Source: an uncultured Acidobacteriaceae bacterium
Lineage (GTDB): Bacteria; Acidobacteriota; Terriglobia; Terriglobales; Acidobacteriaceae
Length of the DNA stretch: 64,000 nt
NCBI GenBank assembly: GCA_963794365.1
Contig: CAWCDV010000018.1
Location: forward strand, 20,374-84,373
Direction: 5' to 3'
The translations under genes and the position numbers were made by a program. Under the pieces are notes generated by a model, which was given only the letters and a program-made list of their open reading frames with translations, made no database searches and had not been told where the DNA came from. Positions within the stretch are counted from its first letter, which is position 1. Every line of letters begins with the position of its first letter. Shown piece after piece: positions 30,699-42,161 of the stretch.

Positions 30699-31673
30699 AT
30701 GCCAACCGCAAACAAACCGGACTTCTTCATCGTGGGAGCGCCAAAATGTGGCACCACGGCACTCTACGCGTATCTGGGTGGTCACCCGGACATAGGTATG
30801 TCGAAGCGAAAAGAGCCCCACTTTTTCGCTCCCGATATTTTAGGCCACCAGAGACAATCAAGAACGCTGGCGCAATATTTGAGCAATTTTGATCGCGCAA
30901 CCGGCAAGAGCCGAATCGGGGAAGCATCGACAGGGTACTTGGTGTCGCGAAGAGCCCCTCAAGAGATTTTCGACTTCAATCCTTCTGCTCAGATCATAGT
31001 TATGCTGCGGAACCCAATCGATGTCATTCATTCATTGCATAGTATGAGGCTGTGCTGCGGGGCCGAACACATCACCCGATTCGAGTTGGCGGTCGATTCT
31101 CAGGAACAGCGATATTGGCAGTTAGGGCCCTTTCGGGGTGAACCCGTTCCAAGTTTGAGCTATCGCGAAATGACCAGATTCTCGGAGCAGATTCAACGAT
31201 ACTTCGACGCGTTCGGCAGGGAGCGGGTTCACGTCATCTTGTTCGATGATTTCGCCAAAGCTCCCGGCATTGCGTACGAGAAAGTGCTCTCATTCTTGGG
31301 ACTGCGTTCGGACGGAAGACGCAGCTTTGAGATCGTCAATGGTAACCGGCGTATGCGCTCTAAAGCAGTGCAGCGGCAGTTGCAGCGGTTGAAGCAATCC
31401 AAAGCACTCGGGCGATTCGAACGTGCGTTTCCGGCTTTGTGGCAAGAAGCTAGAGCGATTGTGGGCCGCCTGAATTTTGTATATGAGCGCCGTCCCGCCA
31501 TCGAGGCCGGGTTTCGGCAACGATTGGAGATGGAATATGCTTCTGAGGTCCGTAATTTGGAAAGGTTGCTAGGTCGAACCCTGGATCATCAGCCGCCGCC
31601 AGCGCAAACAGTTGACGCTCTAGAGGGAGACGCGCGGAGGTTCGGGTGGAAAAATGTCCAAGGCGCACGCTAG
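30699..31673 (+). CDS. Sulfotransferase-family protein
   Basis: Within ORF 30648..31673. MPTANKPDFFIVGAPKCGTTALYAYL carries a 5'-PSB PAPS-binding loop, and IIVMLRNPIDVIHSLH a 3'-PB-like segment. The region is visibly more AT-rich than its flanks. Confidence 0.75.
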   Translation: MPTANKPDFFIVGAPKCGTTALYAYLGGHPDIGMSKRKEPHFFAPDILGHQRQSRTLAQYLSNFDRATGKSRIGEASTGYLVSRRAPQEIFDFNPSAQIIVMLRNPIDVIHSLHSMRLCCGAEHITRFELAVDSQEQRYWQLGPFRGEPVPSLSYREMTRFSEQIQRYFDAFGRERVHVILFDDFAKAPGIAYEKVLSFLGLRSDGRRSFEIVNGNRRMRSKAVQRQLQRLKQSKALGRFERAFPALWQEARAIVGRLNFVYERRPAIEAGFRQRLEMEYASEVRNLERLLGRTLDHQPPPAQTVDALEGDARRFGWKNVQGAR

Positions 31674-31781
31674 AGTCCAGGTCACGTTCGGCGAGAACTC
31701 CCGAACCAGCAGCGGCCTCATGCAACGCGGTCGTGCCTCGGCAGTCGGGGTTGAAGTTTAATCGCTTCGTCCGCCGCGGCT

Positions 31782-33285
31782 TTACGGATGCTCGCCTTGT
31801 TCCGGCACCACTCCCGGCGGCGGCGGCGGAATCGTAATATCCAATTTGGTCACCGTCCCGAGCGATGACAAGGGCTTGTCGAATTCGCTCACGTTGCCCA
31901 CCACCAGCACCGCCATCTGGTCGCGGTGGATGTACTTCGCGGCCACGCGCGCCACGTCTTCCTTCGTAACTTCTTCGATCCCCTTCTGAAAGTTCTCCAG
32001 AAAATCCAGCGGATAGCCATAAAACTCATACGCCATTTTTTCCTGCAAAACTTTCGCCGGAGAATCGAAACGGAAGATAAAAGAGTTCAGAATCGCATCC
32101 TTGGCGCGCTTGATCTCTTCATCGTCGATCGGACGCTTGGCGAGGTCGGCGAGTTCCTCATCCAGCGCCTGGATCGACTCGACCGTGGTCTGGCTCTTGG
32201 TCATCACCATCATCCGCAGCATTCCGGGATGATCCCAGCCCGTGCCCATTCCGCCGCCTACTGCGTAGGCGAGCCCCTTGGTGGTGCGAATGTCGCCAAA
32301 CAGCCGCGACGAAAATCCTCCGCCAAAGGCCTCGTTGAATACCGAGGTCGCGAAATAATCCGTAGTCCGGCGTGTGATGCCCAGAGCTACCATTTGAATG
32401 TTGCTTTGATTCACGTCGGTTTTGTCGACCTGGTAATATCCTGGCTTGCCGGATCAGGTTTTGCAGGATCTGGCTTCGCGGGTTCCGTATCTTTCGCCGC
32501 CGGTCCCTTCGCCCACGACGCGAAAGCCTCGCGCAGCCGGGCTTCCATCTTCGCCGAGTCGAAGTCGCCGACCACGCCGAGAATGATGTTGTTCGGGTGA
32601 ACGTACTTGTCGTGCCACTCGACCAGATCCTGACGCGTGATCGCCGCCACCGTTCGATACTCGGCGACTCGCGCATAGGGATTGTTCGCCCCATACACCA
32701 GTACCGCCGCTTCCCGTCCCGCAATCTGCCCAGGATCGTCATTGCGCCGCGAGATGCCGTCATACATCCCCTTCTGCGCGATTTCAATTTTCTCGGCGCG
32801 AAACTCCGGATTCCTCAGCAGGTCCTCGAACACGCGAAACACATCGTCGAAATCTTCTTTCAGACACGACCAGCTCATGCTGGTCGAGTCGATGCCTCCA
32901 CCGGTCTCCACCTTGGCGGCGCGCTGCTCCAGATAGTCGTCCAGTTGATCGCCGGTCTGGGACTTGGTGCCGCCGGTGCGCCACACTTCGCCGTAAATCT
33001 CGGTCAGCCCCGTCTTGTTCGCCGGAACCGAGCGCTCGCCGCCGCGGATGCGAGCCATGCCGTCAATGGTCGGCAACTCGTGGTCTTCCTGAAGAAAAAC
33101 CACCATGCCATTCGGAAACTCGATGCGCTTCGGCTGCGGCGGATGAAACGCCGGCAACTTTGGAATCGGCATCTGCTGCCAGGTCTGGCGCCTGCGCCCA
33201 CAGCTGCACGTTGCCGCCCAACAAAGAAGTACATGACAATGACGAGGAATACGAGCAAAGAGGGATACAGTGTTGCGCGCTTCAC
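31782..33285 (-). pseudogene. M16 (insulinase/pitrilysin) family peptidase subunit, frame-disrupted (at least 2 slips)
   Basis: Signal MKRATLYPSLLVFLVIVMYFF (33004..33285), then IEFPNGMVVFLQEDHELPTIDG...GGIDSTSMSWSCLKEDFDDVFRVFEDLLRNPEF (32411..33499 frame), then FNEAFGGGFSSRLFGDIRTTKGLAYAVGG... (31782..32414). Confidence 0.75.
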
Positions 33286-34827
33286 TGTCCACCTCCTTGC
33301 GGCCCTGCGCCCATTCCCGGAGGCCCGCCGGCAAACTCGATGATCCCCACCGTCCGGTTATCGGGCGTAAACGTCTGGTTCGCAATCCGCCGGATATCCG
33401 CCTTGGTGACTTTTTCGATCCGGTCGACCGAGCGGAACAGCTCCCGCCAGTCGTCATAGCGCGCCTGATACAGCGCGAGCGCGGACGCCAGACCCTCATT
33501 CGATCCCAGCGAACGAATCAGGTTGGCCTTGGCTCGCGTCTTGATCATTTTCAGCTCTTCATCCGAAATGTCTTCTTTCTTCAGCCGTTCAATCTCCGCA
33601 TGAATCGCATCGCGCCACTTCCTGCGGCTTGTGGCCCGGGATCGGGGAAGCGAAAAACGCGAAGAGGTGCGGATACTTATTTCCCGGATACCCGGTAAAT
33701 CCCTCCGCGTCCGACGCGATCTGCTTGTCGCGAACCAGCGCGCGATAGAGGCGCGAGGTGCGCCCATTCGACATCAGGTCGGCGATCGCGTCGTAGACCT
33801 GGTCATCCGGGCTGCGGTAATCGGGGCGGTGATAGCCTTCGAGATAAATCGGCTGCGACTGCTCGTGCAGCACCACCGTCCGCTCGGAATTCTGCGCCGG
33901 CTCGGTGGTCGTCGCCGTGTCGGGCTTGGGACGCGTTGGAATGCGCGAGAAATATTTCTCGACGATCGGCATGGCTTCCGATGCTTTTACGTCTCCAACC
34001 ACGGCCACCACCATGTTCGAGGGCACATAGTACTTATCGAAAAACTTCTGTGCGTCGGTCGCCGAAAAAGAATTCAAGTCCGAGATCCATCCGATCGTCG
34101 GCCGGTGATAAGGATGGGCCGCAAATGCCTCTTCCGTGAATTGCTCGAGCAGCCGCCCAATGGGATTGCTGTCCATCCGCATGCGGCGCTCTTCGATCAC
34201 CACGTTGCGCTCTTTGTAAAATTGCCGCATCACGGGATGCAGAAAGCGCTCCGATTCCAGATAGGCCCACAATTCCAGCCGGTTGATGGGGAACGAGTAG
34301 TGATAGGCGGTCTCGTCGAGATTGGTGAAGGCGTTCATGCCCTCGCCGCCTTCGCCTTCGACGATCTTGCCAAACTCGTTGTTGTAAGGCGCGGAGAACT
34401 TGTCGGCGGCGGCAATCGCGTCCTTCCAGGCTTGTTCGAGCTGCTTGAGCTTCTGCTCGTCGCGGTCCACCGGCTTGTCGCGCTCGGCAATGTAGGCGGC
34501 ATAAGCCTCTTCAACTTTCGCCAGCGCAACTTTCTCGTCCGCATAGTCGCGCGTTCCAATCGTGTCCGTGCCCTTGAACGCCATGTGCTCGAACATGTGC
34601 GCCAGGCCGGTCTTGCCCATGGGATCCTGCACCGAGCCCGCATCCACGTGCGTGAAGAACGAAAACACCGGCGCCTCCGGCCGCTCGCAGATGATGATGG
34701 TGAGCCCATTGGCGAGCTTCTTCACGGTAGTGCGCTTCTCGAAAGAAGCCAGATCCTGGCCCAGAGCAAGCGAGCAGAGCACGAAACAGACAACAATTGT
34801 TTGTATAGAAGTTAAGCGGGATTTCAT
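33282..34827 (-). pseudogene. M16 family zinc peptidase, one slip near 33600-33760
   Basis: 33589..34827: MKSRLTSIQTIVVCFVLCSLALG... then HxxEH zinc motif GLAHMFEHMAFKGT. The C-terminal 100 aa are in 33282..33767. The stop abuts the next M16 start. Confidence 0.8.
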
Positions 34828-34871
34828 CCTGCCTCCACGACGAACATCGACGGAACACCAAAAATTCGAAG

Positions 34872-35987
34872 TTACGTGGAGGCAGGGAAGATTGTCAAAC
34901 GAGCGGCATCGGGAAAATAGCGGCGCTGGAAGTAAAGCGCTACGTTGACCAGCATAATCATGACGGGCACTTCGACCAGGGGGCCGATGACGGCGGCGAA
35001 TGCAGCCCCGGAGTTAATGCCGAAAACGGAAACTGCGACGGCAATCGCGAGTTCAAAGTTATTCGAGGCTGCGGTGAAGGAGAGCGTAGCCGTCTTCGAG
35101 TAGTCGGCGCCGAGTTTCTTCCCCATGTAGAACGACACCAGGAACATCACAACGAAGTAAATCAGCAGCGGCACCGCGATCCGCAGGACATCGAGCGGAA
35201 GCCGAACAATGTATGCACCCTTGAGCGAGAACATCACCACAATCGTGAACAGCAAAGCGATCAGCGTGAGCGGGCTTACGCGGGGAACGAAATTACGCTC
35301 ATACCACTCGCGCCCTTTGATCCGAAGCAGCAGCGTGCGAGTCACGAACCCGGCAAGAAAAGGAATGCCAAGATAAATAAAAACACTCTTGGCGATTTCC
35401 GCGATGGAGACATGGACGATCGCGCCGTGGAGGCCGAGTTTTGCGGGCAGAACCGTGATGAACAACCACGCGTACGGCGAGTAGAAGAACACCTGGAACA
35501 GGGAATTGAAGGCAACCAGACCGGCAGCATATTCGGTATCGCCCCTGGCCAGTTCGTTCCAGACAATGACCATCGCAATGCAGCGAGCCAGCCCGATCAT
35601 GATCAGTCCAGCCATGTATTCCGGGTAGCCGCGCAAAAACACGACCGCCAAGACAAACATCAGGATCGGGCCGACCACCCAGTTCTGGACGAGGGATAGA
35701 CCAAGCACGCGTGTATTCCGGAAGACCTCGTGCAGTTCCTCGTATCGCACCTTGGTGAAGGGCGGGTACATCATCACGATCAGCCCCACCGCGATCGGAA
35801 TCGAAGTCGTGCCGACGCTGAAGCGATTCAGAAACGGCACGATTCCCGGCAGCCGCCATCCCAAGGCGACCCCGACGACCATGGCGGCGAAGATCCACGC
35901 GGTGAGATAGCGGTCCAGAAAGCTGAGACGGCGGGATGGCTTCATCGTAGTCATCGTCACTGTTATTGCCGCGTCATTGCTTTCCAA
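34872..35987 (-). CDS. ACR3-family arsenite efflux transporter
   Basis: 371-aa intact ORF with [24 protein letters not shown], about 10 TM segments and [10 protein letters not shown]. Last gene of the ars string. The start may be the internal ATG at 35954. Confidence 0.85.
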   Translation of the reverse strand: MESNDAAITVTMTTMKPSRRLSFLDRYLTAWIFAAMVVGVALGWRLPGIVPFLNRFSVGTTSIPIAVGLIVMMYPPFTKVRYEELHEVFRNTRVLGLSLVQNWVVGPILMFVLAVVFLRGYPEYMAGLIMIGLARCIAMVIVWNELARGDTEYAAGLVAFNSLFQVFFYSPYAWLFITVLPAKLGLHGAIVHVSIAEIAKSVFIYLGIPFLAGFVTRTLLLRIKGREWYERNFVPRVSPLTLIALLFTIVVMFSLKGAYIVRLPLDVLRIAVPLLIYFVVMFLVSFYMGKKLGADYSKTATLSFTAASNNFELAIAVAVSVFGINSGAAFAAVIGPLVEVPVMIMLVNVALYFQRRYFPDAARLTIFPAST

Positions 35988-36472
35988 TGCGATCCACTTC
36001 TTTCTTCAGCGCGAGGCGATCGAGGGCGGCCAGAGGAAGAGCGAGAAAAAGGCCGATGCGCCGGTCGAGAATAAAAAACGCTTCGCGGAAGGCGCGTTCG
36101 ATTTCGGCGGAGTCTCCTTGAACCGCGGCAGGATCGGGAACTCCCCAGTGCGCGGTCATCGGCTGTCCCGGCCACAGCGGGCAGGTTTCCTTGGCGGCGT
36201 TGTCGCAAACCGTGAAGACGAAGTGCATCGCGGGGGCGCCGGGCCGCCCGAATTCATCCCAGCTTTTGCTGCGCAGGCCAGTCGTCGGAGATGCGAGCCA
36301 TCTCAAGCTGCTTCAGCGCTTCGGGACGAACCGTCCCCGAAGGATGACTTCCGGCGCTGTAGGCGGTGAATGCCGGCCTTCCTTTGTGGTTGAGGATCGC
36401 CTCGGCCATGATGGAGCGCGCCGAGTTTCCCGTGCACAGGAACAGAACGTTGTAGTGAGCTTCCATGGTCAC
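35974..36472 (-). pseudogene. arsC: Arsenate reductase ArsC (LMW-PTP, thioredoxin-coupled type), one slip near 36290
   Basis: P-loop [15 protein letters not shown] is in 36254..36472. FVFTVCDNAAKETCPLWPGQPMTAHWGVPDP is in 35974..36306. Confidence 0.8.
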
Positions 36473-37331
36473 GGTTTCGGCTTCACCGCGCGCACAAAAG
36501 CGCTCATGAACTTTTCGTCGACTTGCGCCGCGATCGCATCCACGTCAATGCCTGAGGACGAAAGAAACTCACGAGCGTCCTCAATACGATAAATTCGCGT
36601 GGGCTCAATCTCGATTTGCTCAAACCCGGCAGCGGAGAGCTTGCCGCGATATTCGTTTTCTTCCAGAGCGCCCGCGATGCAACCAACCCACGCCAGCACG
36701 CTCTGCCGGACCTCGGGCGCCATTTCGCCGCGCGTGACCACGTCGGAGACAGCGAGCCGCCCGCCCGGCTTGAGCACGCGAAATGCCTCGCGCAGCACGC
36801 GGTCTTTGTCGGCGGAGAGATTGATGACGCAGTTGGAAATGATGACATCGACCGAGTTGTCGGGCAGCGGGAATGTTTTCGATCTCGCCCTTCAGAAACT
36901 CGACATTCTCCGCGCCCGCCTTGCGCTTGTTCTCGTTGGCCAGCGCCAGCATTTCATCCGTCATGTCGAGGCCGTAGGCTTTGCCGCGTGGGCCCGACGC
37001 GCCGGGCGGAGAGCAGCACGTCGATGCCGCCGCCCGAGCCCAGATCGAGCACGGTTTCGCCGGGGGTCAGCTGGGCGAGCGCGGTTGGATTGCCGCATCC
37101 GAGCGAGGCCAGCATCGCTTCTTCCGGAATCTGCTGCGCCTGCGACGCGTCGTAGAGATTCGAGGTGATCGGATCGCAGACAGCTCCGCTGGCCGGCGCC
37201 GATCCGCAGCAACTGCTGCCGCCCGTCTTTTCGTAACTCGCAGGGCCGCCTGTCCGTATTTTTCCTTTACGACTTCCTTGATGTTGATATTGGCGACATC
37301 GTTTTGGCGACATCGATGTTGGCATCGGCAT
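36469..37331 (-). pseudogene. arsM: Arsenite S-adenosylmethionine methyltransferase ArsM, frame-disrupted (at least 2 slips)
   Basis: GGSSCCG and [12 protein letters not shown] (36954..37331), then [35 protein letters not shown] (36620..36964), then [14 protein letters not shown]...WVGCIAGAL (36469..36798). Confidence 0.8.
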
Positions 37332-37346
37332 GACGGTTTCTCCTAT

Positions 37347-37706
37347 TTACAAAGTTGAATGAGAGTCTTGCGGCTTGAGCGCCTTGTTCCGAGTGCAGCA
37401 CTCGGCGTAAAGAAATTGCAGAATTTCGCGCAGCGCTTCCGTGTTGGCGGTGTAGCGCAGAAACGTGCCCTTGCGCTCGACCCGCACCAGGTCTTCATTC
37501 TTGAGCTTGTCAAGATGGTGAGAAAGCGTGGAGCCGGGGATCTCGAGCTCGTCCTGAATCTCGCTGACGACCAGACCCTCGGGATGCGCGGAGAGCAGCA
37601 ATTGCATGATGCGCAGCCGCGGCTCGGTGCCCATGGCGGAAAACATGTCGGCATACCGGGCGACGCGCTCACTGTTCGTTCGGAGCTTGCTGGTAGTCGC
37701 GGCCAT
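37347..37706 (-). CDS. arsR: ArsR/SmtB-family transcriptional repressor
   Basis: 119 aa with winged-HTH string RLRIMQLLLSAHPEGLVVSEIQDELEIPGSTLSHHLDKLKNEDLV. First gene of the arsR-arsM-arsC-ACR3 string. Confidence 0.85.
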   Translation of the reverse strand: MAATTSKLRTNSERVARYADMFSAMGTEPRLRIMQLLLSAHPEGLVVSEIQDELEIPGSTLSHHLDKLKNEDLVRVERKGTFLRYTANTEALREILQFLYAECCTRNKALKPQDSHSTL

Positions 37707-37744
37707 ATTTCGATAATACTAGAAATATGGATTCATAGTCAACT

Positions 37745-37885
37745 CGCTCGTAGAGACGCGGCTCGCCGCGTCTCCCGTCTTAGCCGCACAACGCCAGGAA
37801 ACTCTAGGCTTCGTATCAGGGTATCGCTTTAGCGATACCGTAGTTTTCTACGAAATAAGAGGACCCCTTTAGGGGCTGCACATCG
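37745..37885. repeat. REP-like hairpin cluster (family A copy plus the gagacgcgg hairpin)
   Basis: gtagagacgcggctcgccgcgtctcc, then cgtatcagggtatcgctttagcgataccg and ccctttaggggctg. Colinear with parts of 7078-7380. Confidence 0.8.
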
Positions 37886-37961
37886 CCCGCTCTTGCCCAG
37901 GCCATCTATACTGGAAGCCGTTTTGAGTCGCCGGCCCGTAGCCCGCGACTCGCACCACGCC

Positions 37962-39043
37962 ATGTCCGCTACCCACCATCGTCGAAGTCGAGGGCCGCAA
38001 ACTCAAGCTCACGAATCTGGAGAAGGTCCTCTATCCCGCCGCCGGTTTCACCAAGGGGCAGGTGGTGGATTTCTACGTCCGCATTGCGCCCGTGCTGGTG
38101 CCGCATCTCGCCGGGCCGCCCGCTCACCATGAAGCGCTATCCCGAAGGCGTCGACCAGGAATATTTCTTCGAGAAGAATGCGCCCATGCATCGGCCCGAC
38201 TGGGTGAAGACCGCGCCCATCTGGAGCGAGAGCAACCACCGCACCATCAATTTCATTCTCGCCAACGATCTTGCCCACGCTGGTGTGGATCGCGAACCTG
38301 GCGTCGATTGAACTGCATCCGTCGCTCTCGCTGGCCGCCGATATCGAAACGCCGACCATGATCGTTTTCGATCTCGATCCCGGACCTCCCGCGAACATCG
38401 TGCAGTGCGCGCAGGTCGGCCTCTGGGTGCGCGAGATTTTCGACCCACTTCGGGCTGCAGAGTTTTCCGAAAACCTCCGGCTCGAAGGGACTGCAGATCT
38501 ATGTCCCGCTGAATACGCCAACCAGCTACGAGCAGACCAAGTCTTTCGCCCACGCCGTGGCGCGTCTGCTCGAGCACGAGCATCCCGAACTGGTGGTCTC
38601 GGACATGAAGAAGGCCGTGCGCACTAACAAGGTATTCGTCGACTGGAGCCAGAACGACGAGCACAAGACGACGATCTCGATTTACTCTCTGCGCGCGCGC
38701 GAGCAGCCGACGGTGTCGACGCCGGTTACGTGGGACGAAGTCGAGCAGGCGCTGAAGAAAAAAGATGCGGGGCGACTGGTGTTCGAGAGCGAAAGACGTG
38801 CTCGCGCGCGTGGAGAAGATGGGTGACTTGTTCGCGCCCGTGCTGAAACTGAAGCAGAAGCTGCCGCAGTTGGCCGGACTGGCTGCCGCATCGGAAAAGG
38901 AAGAGGACGAAGGCAGCAGCGTCGCAGCCCAGGCCGAAGCGCGGCCGCGCGCGAAGAAGAAGGCCGCACGTAAGGCTGAGACTAAGACTAAGACTACAGA
39001 TTGGATAGCGAAGCCATCCGTGCAAAAGCGTCGCAAGTTATAA
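37962..39043 (+). pseudogene. NHEJ polymerase/primase domain protein (LigD PolDom, stand-alone), frame-disrupted (at least 4 slips)
   Basis: IVEVEGRKLKLTNLEKVLYPAAGFTKGQVVDFYVRIAPVLVPHLAG, then RPLTMKRYPEGVDQEYFFEKNAP (38084..38311), then PTLVWIANLASIELHP...MIVFDLDPGP (38271..38627). Next comes KTSGSKGLQIYVPL, VFVDWSQNDEHKTTISIYSLRA (38557..38826), and a K/A-rich tail (38765..39043). Confidence 0.75.
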
Positions 39044-39084
39044 TTCCGGCTTGCGCTTGACTGAGCCAGGCGCTACCAAACCAC

Positions 39085-39830
39085 ATGGCGCATCTCTACG
39101 TTGGCACTTCCGGATGGGCTTATCCGACCTGGAAGCCCGCCTTCTATCCGGAGAAACTCGCGCAGAAGAAATTTCTAAGCTTCTACGCATCGAAGTTGAA
39201 TGCCGTCGAAGTCAACTACACCTTTCGCCAGTTGGTCAAAGAGACGACCGTCCAGAACTGGATCGCCGAAACGCCCGAGCATTTCCGCTTCACCATCAAG
39301 GCGCACCAGGTGCTCACGCATATTAAGCGCCTGAAGAACGCGGACGAATTCCTGCAGCGCTTTCTCGGAACGCTGGAGGCCTTAGAGCGCGCCGGACGCC
39401 TCGGCCCGTTGCTCTTTCAGCTGCCGCCGAATTTCAAAGCGGATCAGGCGGTGCTTTCCGAATTTCTGAAAAGCTTGCCGCGAACGGTGCGCGCGGCTTT
39501 CGAGTTCCGCCACGAATCGTGGTTGAGCGAGCCAGCGTTCGTCGACGCCACGTGGAACACGCTGCGCGAGCGCAACATCGCGCTCTGTGTGGCCGAAACG
39601 GAAGAGCGCGACACTCCCGACGTAGTCACCGCCGATTTCGCTTACTACCGCTACCGCAAGCCCACTTACACCGCCGAAGAACGCCAGGCGATGGTCGCCC
39701 GCATCCACGAGCATCTCGCCGCGGGCCGCGATGTCTTCGCCTACTTCAAGCACGAAGAGACGCCGGAGGGGGCGCTGTACGCGGTGGAACTGCTGCGAGC
39801 CGGCGGGCGAGGCGAAGGCATAGAACCGGT
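39085..39830 (+). CDS. DUF72-family protein; 3' end uncertain
   Basis: MAHLYVGTSGWAYPTWKPAFYPEKL... is a canonical DUF72 N-terminus, and similarity ends around ...ETPEGALYAVELLRA. The listed ORF reads on to 40284 out of frame across xerD, so the stop is probably lost to an indel. Confidence 0.7.
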
Positions 39831-39937
39831 CTGCCGATCGAGAGAGTGTTTAGAAGGCGAGTGCTTAAGAGCCGCACTATCCGCCCGCATCCTCCTCGTT
39901 ACTTCTCGGGTTCCGCCTGACAACCCATACTCATCAC

Positions 39938-40900
39938 ATGGCCTCGGACGCCAACGCGCGGACCCTCTCCGCCTTTCTCGACTATCTGCGGGTGGAGCGC
40001 GGCTCGGCGAAGTTGACGATTGCCGCTTACACCAGCGACCTGGCGCAGTTCGCGGAGTTTCTGGAGAAGCGGCGCGTGGTTCTGAGCGGAGCGCGGCGGG
40101 AAGACGTGCGCGAATACATCCAGGAATTATTTTCGAATGCGCTCGACGGGCGCTCGGTGGGAAGGAAGCTTTCGGCCATCCGGCATCTTTATCGGCATTT
40201 GCTGCTCGATGGAAAGATCGACAAGGATCCGACGCTCAACATCGACTCTGCCGAAACAATGGAAGGTGCTGCCCAAGGCGCTGAGCCGCGACGAAGTCGG
40301 AGCCATGCTGTCCGGAACGAAGCTGGCCGAGACGCGGCCGCGAAATGAAACGGCGCGCGCGCAAGCGCTTGCGCTTCGCGACCATGCCATGCTGGAACTT
40401 CTCTATGCCGGAGGCGTGCGCGTTTCCGAAGTGGCCGACGCGCGCCTCGAAGACCTGAAGCTCGAAATGGGATACATCCTGGTCCGCGGCAAGGGCGACA
40501 AAGAGCGCATGGTGCCGCTCGGAGTGCCGGCCCAGCAAGCATTGCAGCAATATTTGAAAAACGGCAGGGAAGTGATCGCTAAAACGACGACGAAAAGTTC
40601 GCCGCTCCTGTTCCTGGGCACAGGAGGCCGGCGCCTGACACGTCAGCGCATCTGGCAGTTGGTCGGGAAGGCGGGTCTCGCTTCGGGACTTGCCGCGGAC
40701 GCCACGCCAGTCCGCACATGCTGCGTCACTCCTGCGCGACGCATATGGTGGAGAATGGGGCCGACCTGCGGACGGTGCAGACCATCCTCGGCCACGCCGA
40801 CATTTCGACCACGCAGATTTATACCCACGTTGCACTCGACCGGCTGAAGAGCGTGTATGCGAAGCATCATCCGCGGGCGAAAGCGAGGAACAATTTGTAA
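39938..40900 (+). pseudogene. xerD: Tyrosine recombinase XerD, frame-disrupted (2 slips)
   Basis: LSAFLDYLRVERGSAKLTIAAYTSDLAQFAEFL (39938..40348), then RDHAMLELLYAGGVRVSEVADARLEDLKLEMGYILVRGKGDKERMVPLG (40137..40847), then [39 protein letters not shown]...HHPRA (40718..40900). Confidence 0.8.
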
Positions 40901-41018
40901 TCTGGTAATTTGTAATTTTGGTAATTTGGTAATCTAAAACCGGCTTGTTCCACGCGAGGCACTGTTCGGCCGTGATCTGGTTCTCAAATTACCCAATTAC
41001 AAATTACACAATTACAAA
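40892..41018. repeat. Mirrored tandem-repeat hairpin of the AATTACMAA word between xerD and xerC
   Basis: Left arm aatttgtaatctggtaatttgtaattttggtaatttggtaatc, right arm aaattacccaattacaaattacacaattacaaaat. The xerD stop lies inside the left arm. Confidence 0.8.
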
Positions 41019-41028
41019 ATTTCTTCTC

Positions 41029-42029
41029 ATGAGCTTGACAGCCAACAACTCGCGCACGATCGTCGAACGCGCCACCGACGACTTCCTCCGCCACCTGCGG
41101 GAGCGCAATGCCTCGGCGCACACCATCAAGGCCTACACCGGAGATCTCGACGCCTTCGCCGCCTACATAGGTCCGAGAATGGGCGCGCGCGATTGGAATG
41201 GATCAGATCGACCACATCGCCATCCGCGGCTTCCTCTCGCATCTCTACGACAAAGGATTGAGCAAGACTTCCGTCGCCCGCGCGCTGGCCGCGGTGCGCT
41301 CGCTTTATCGCTGGCTGGCGCAGGAAGGCGTGGTCGAGCAGAATCCCGCCAAGCTGGTTTCCACGCCACGGCTGCCCAAAAAACTGCCGCGCGTTCCGAC
41401 CATCGAGGAAATGAATTCCGTGCTCGACGGCAAAATGCCGGAGGTGGCATCGTTTCCCGAGCGCGATCGTCTGATGTTCGAACTGCTCTACGGCTGCGGC
41501 ATCCGCAACTCGGAACTGGTGGGCATCAATCTCGACGACATCAGCCTGAGCAACGAAGCCATCCTGATTCGCGGCAAAGGGAAGAAGGAACGCTACGTCC
41601 CGTTCGGAGGGTCGGCGCTCGCGGCGCTTGCGGTTTACCTGCCGTGGCGGCAACAACTGCTGGCGACCTAGAACACGCCGAAGAACGCAACTTCCGAGAA
41701 AAGCAGTTCCGCGAAAGCAGTCCGCGAAAAGCACGCCGGCGAAAGTCATGCCCGCGCTGCTCGTCAACCAGCGCGGCGGACGGCTTACCACGCGCAGCGT
41801 CGGACGCATCGTCAAGCGCATCGCCGTGGCCAAGGGACTGTCGCCCGACGTTCATCCCCACACTCTGCGTCACGCCTTCGGCACGCACATGCTCGAAGAA
41901 GGAGCGGACCTGCGCGCCATCCAGGAACTGCTGGGCCACGAGCGCCTGGCGACCACGCAACGCTACACCCAGCTCTCCGTCAAGCACATGATGGACGTCT
42001 ACGACCAGACGCATCCCCGGGCGAAGTGA
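41029..42029 (+). pseudogene. xerC: Tyrosine recombinase XerC-like, frame-disrupted (at least 2 slips)
   Basis: MSLTANNSRTIVERATDDFLRHLRERNASAHTIKAYTGDLDAFAAYI, then [32 protein letters not shown]...[26 protein letters not shown] (41198..41671), then [38 protein letters not shown]...HPRAK (41628..42029). Confidence 0.8.
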
Positions 42030-42053
42030 CGGCGAAGGAGGCCCTATCCAAGT

Positions 42054-42125
42054 TGTCATCCTGAGCGCAGCGGGGACTTCACGAAGTGAAGTCTCTGCGG
42101 AGTCGAAGGACCCCTACCCTCCCTG
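42054..42125. repeat. REP-like element, family C
   Basis: tcatcctgagcgcagcggggacttcacgaagtgaagtctctgcggagtcgaaggacccc with an internal hairpin gacttcac/gtgaagtc. A related segment is inserted in the family B copy at 29294-29332. Confidence 0.7.
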
Positions 42126-42161
42126 CTCGGCAGAGACGCATCAGGGAATTCTAACTTCACA

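Noticed and set aside
33631-34815. 394-aa plus-strand ORF. The same applies to 19751..20785, 20625..21668, 32597..33343, 45344..46225, 57499..58143, 60117..60959 and 60890..61693.
   Set aside because: All lie antisense to, or out of frame with, well-supported genes, and all show the R/H/G/A-rich composition typical of spurious high-GC ORFs.
39830-40284. C-terminal 150 aa of the DUF72 ORF
   Set aside because: DUF72 similarity ends near 39800. The rest overlaps xerD in another frame, so it is treated as read-through after a lost stop.
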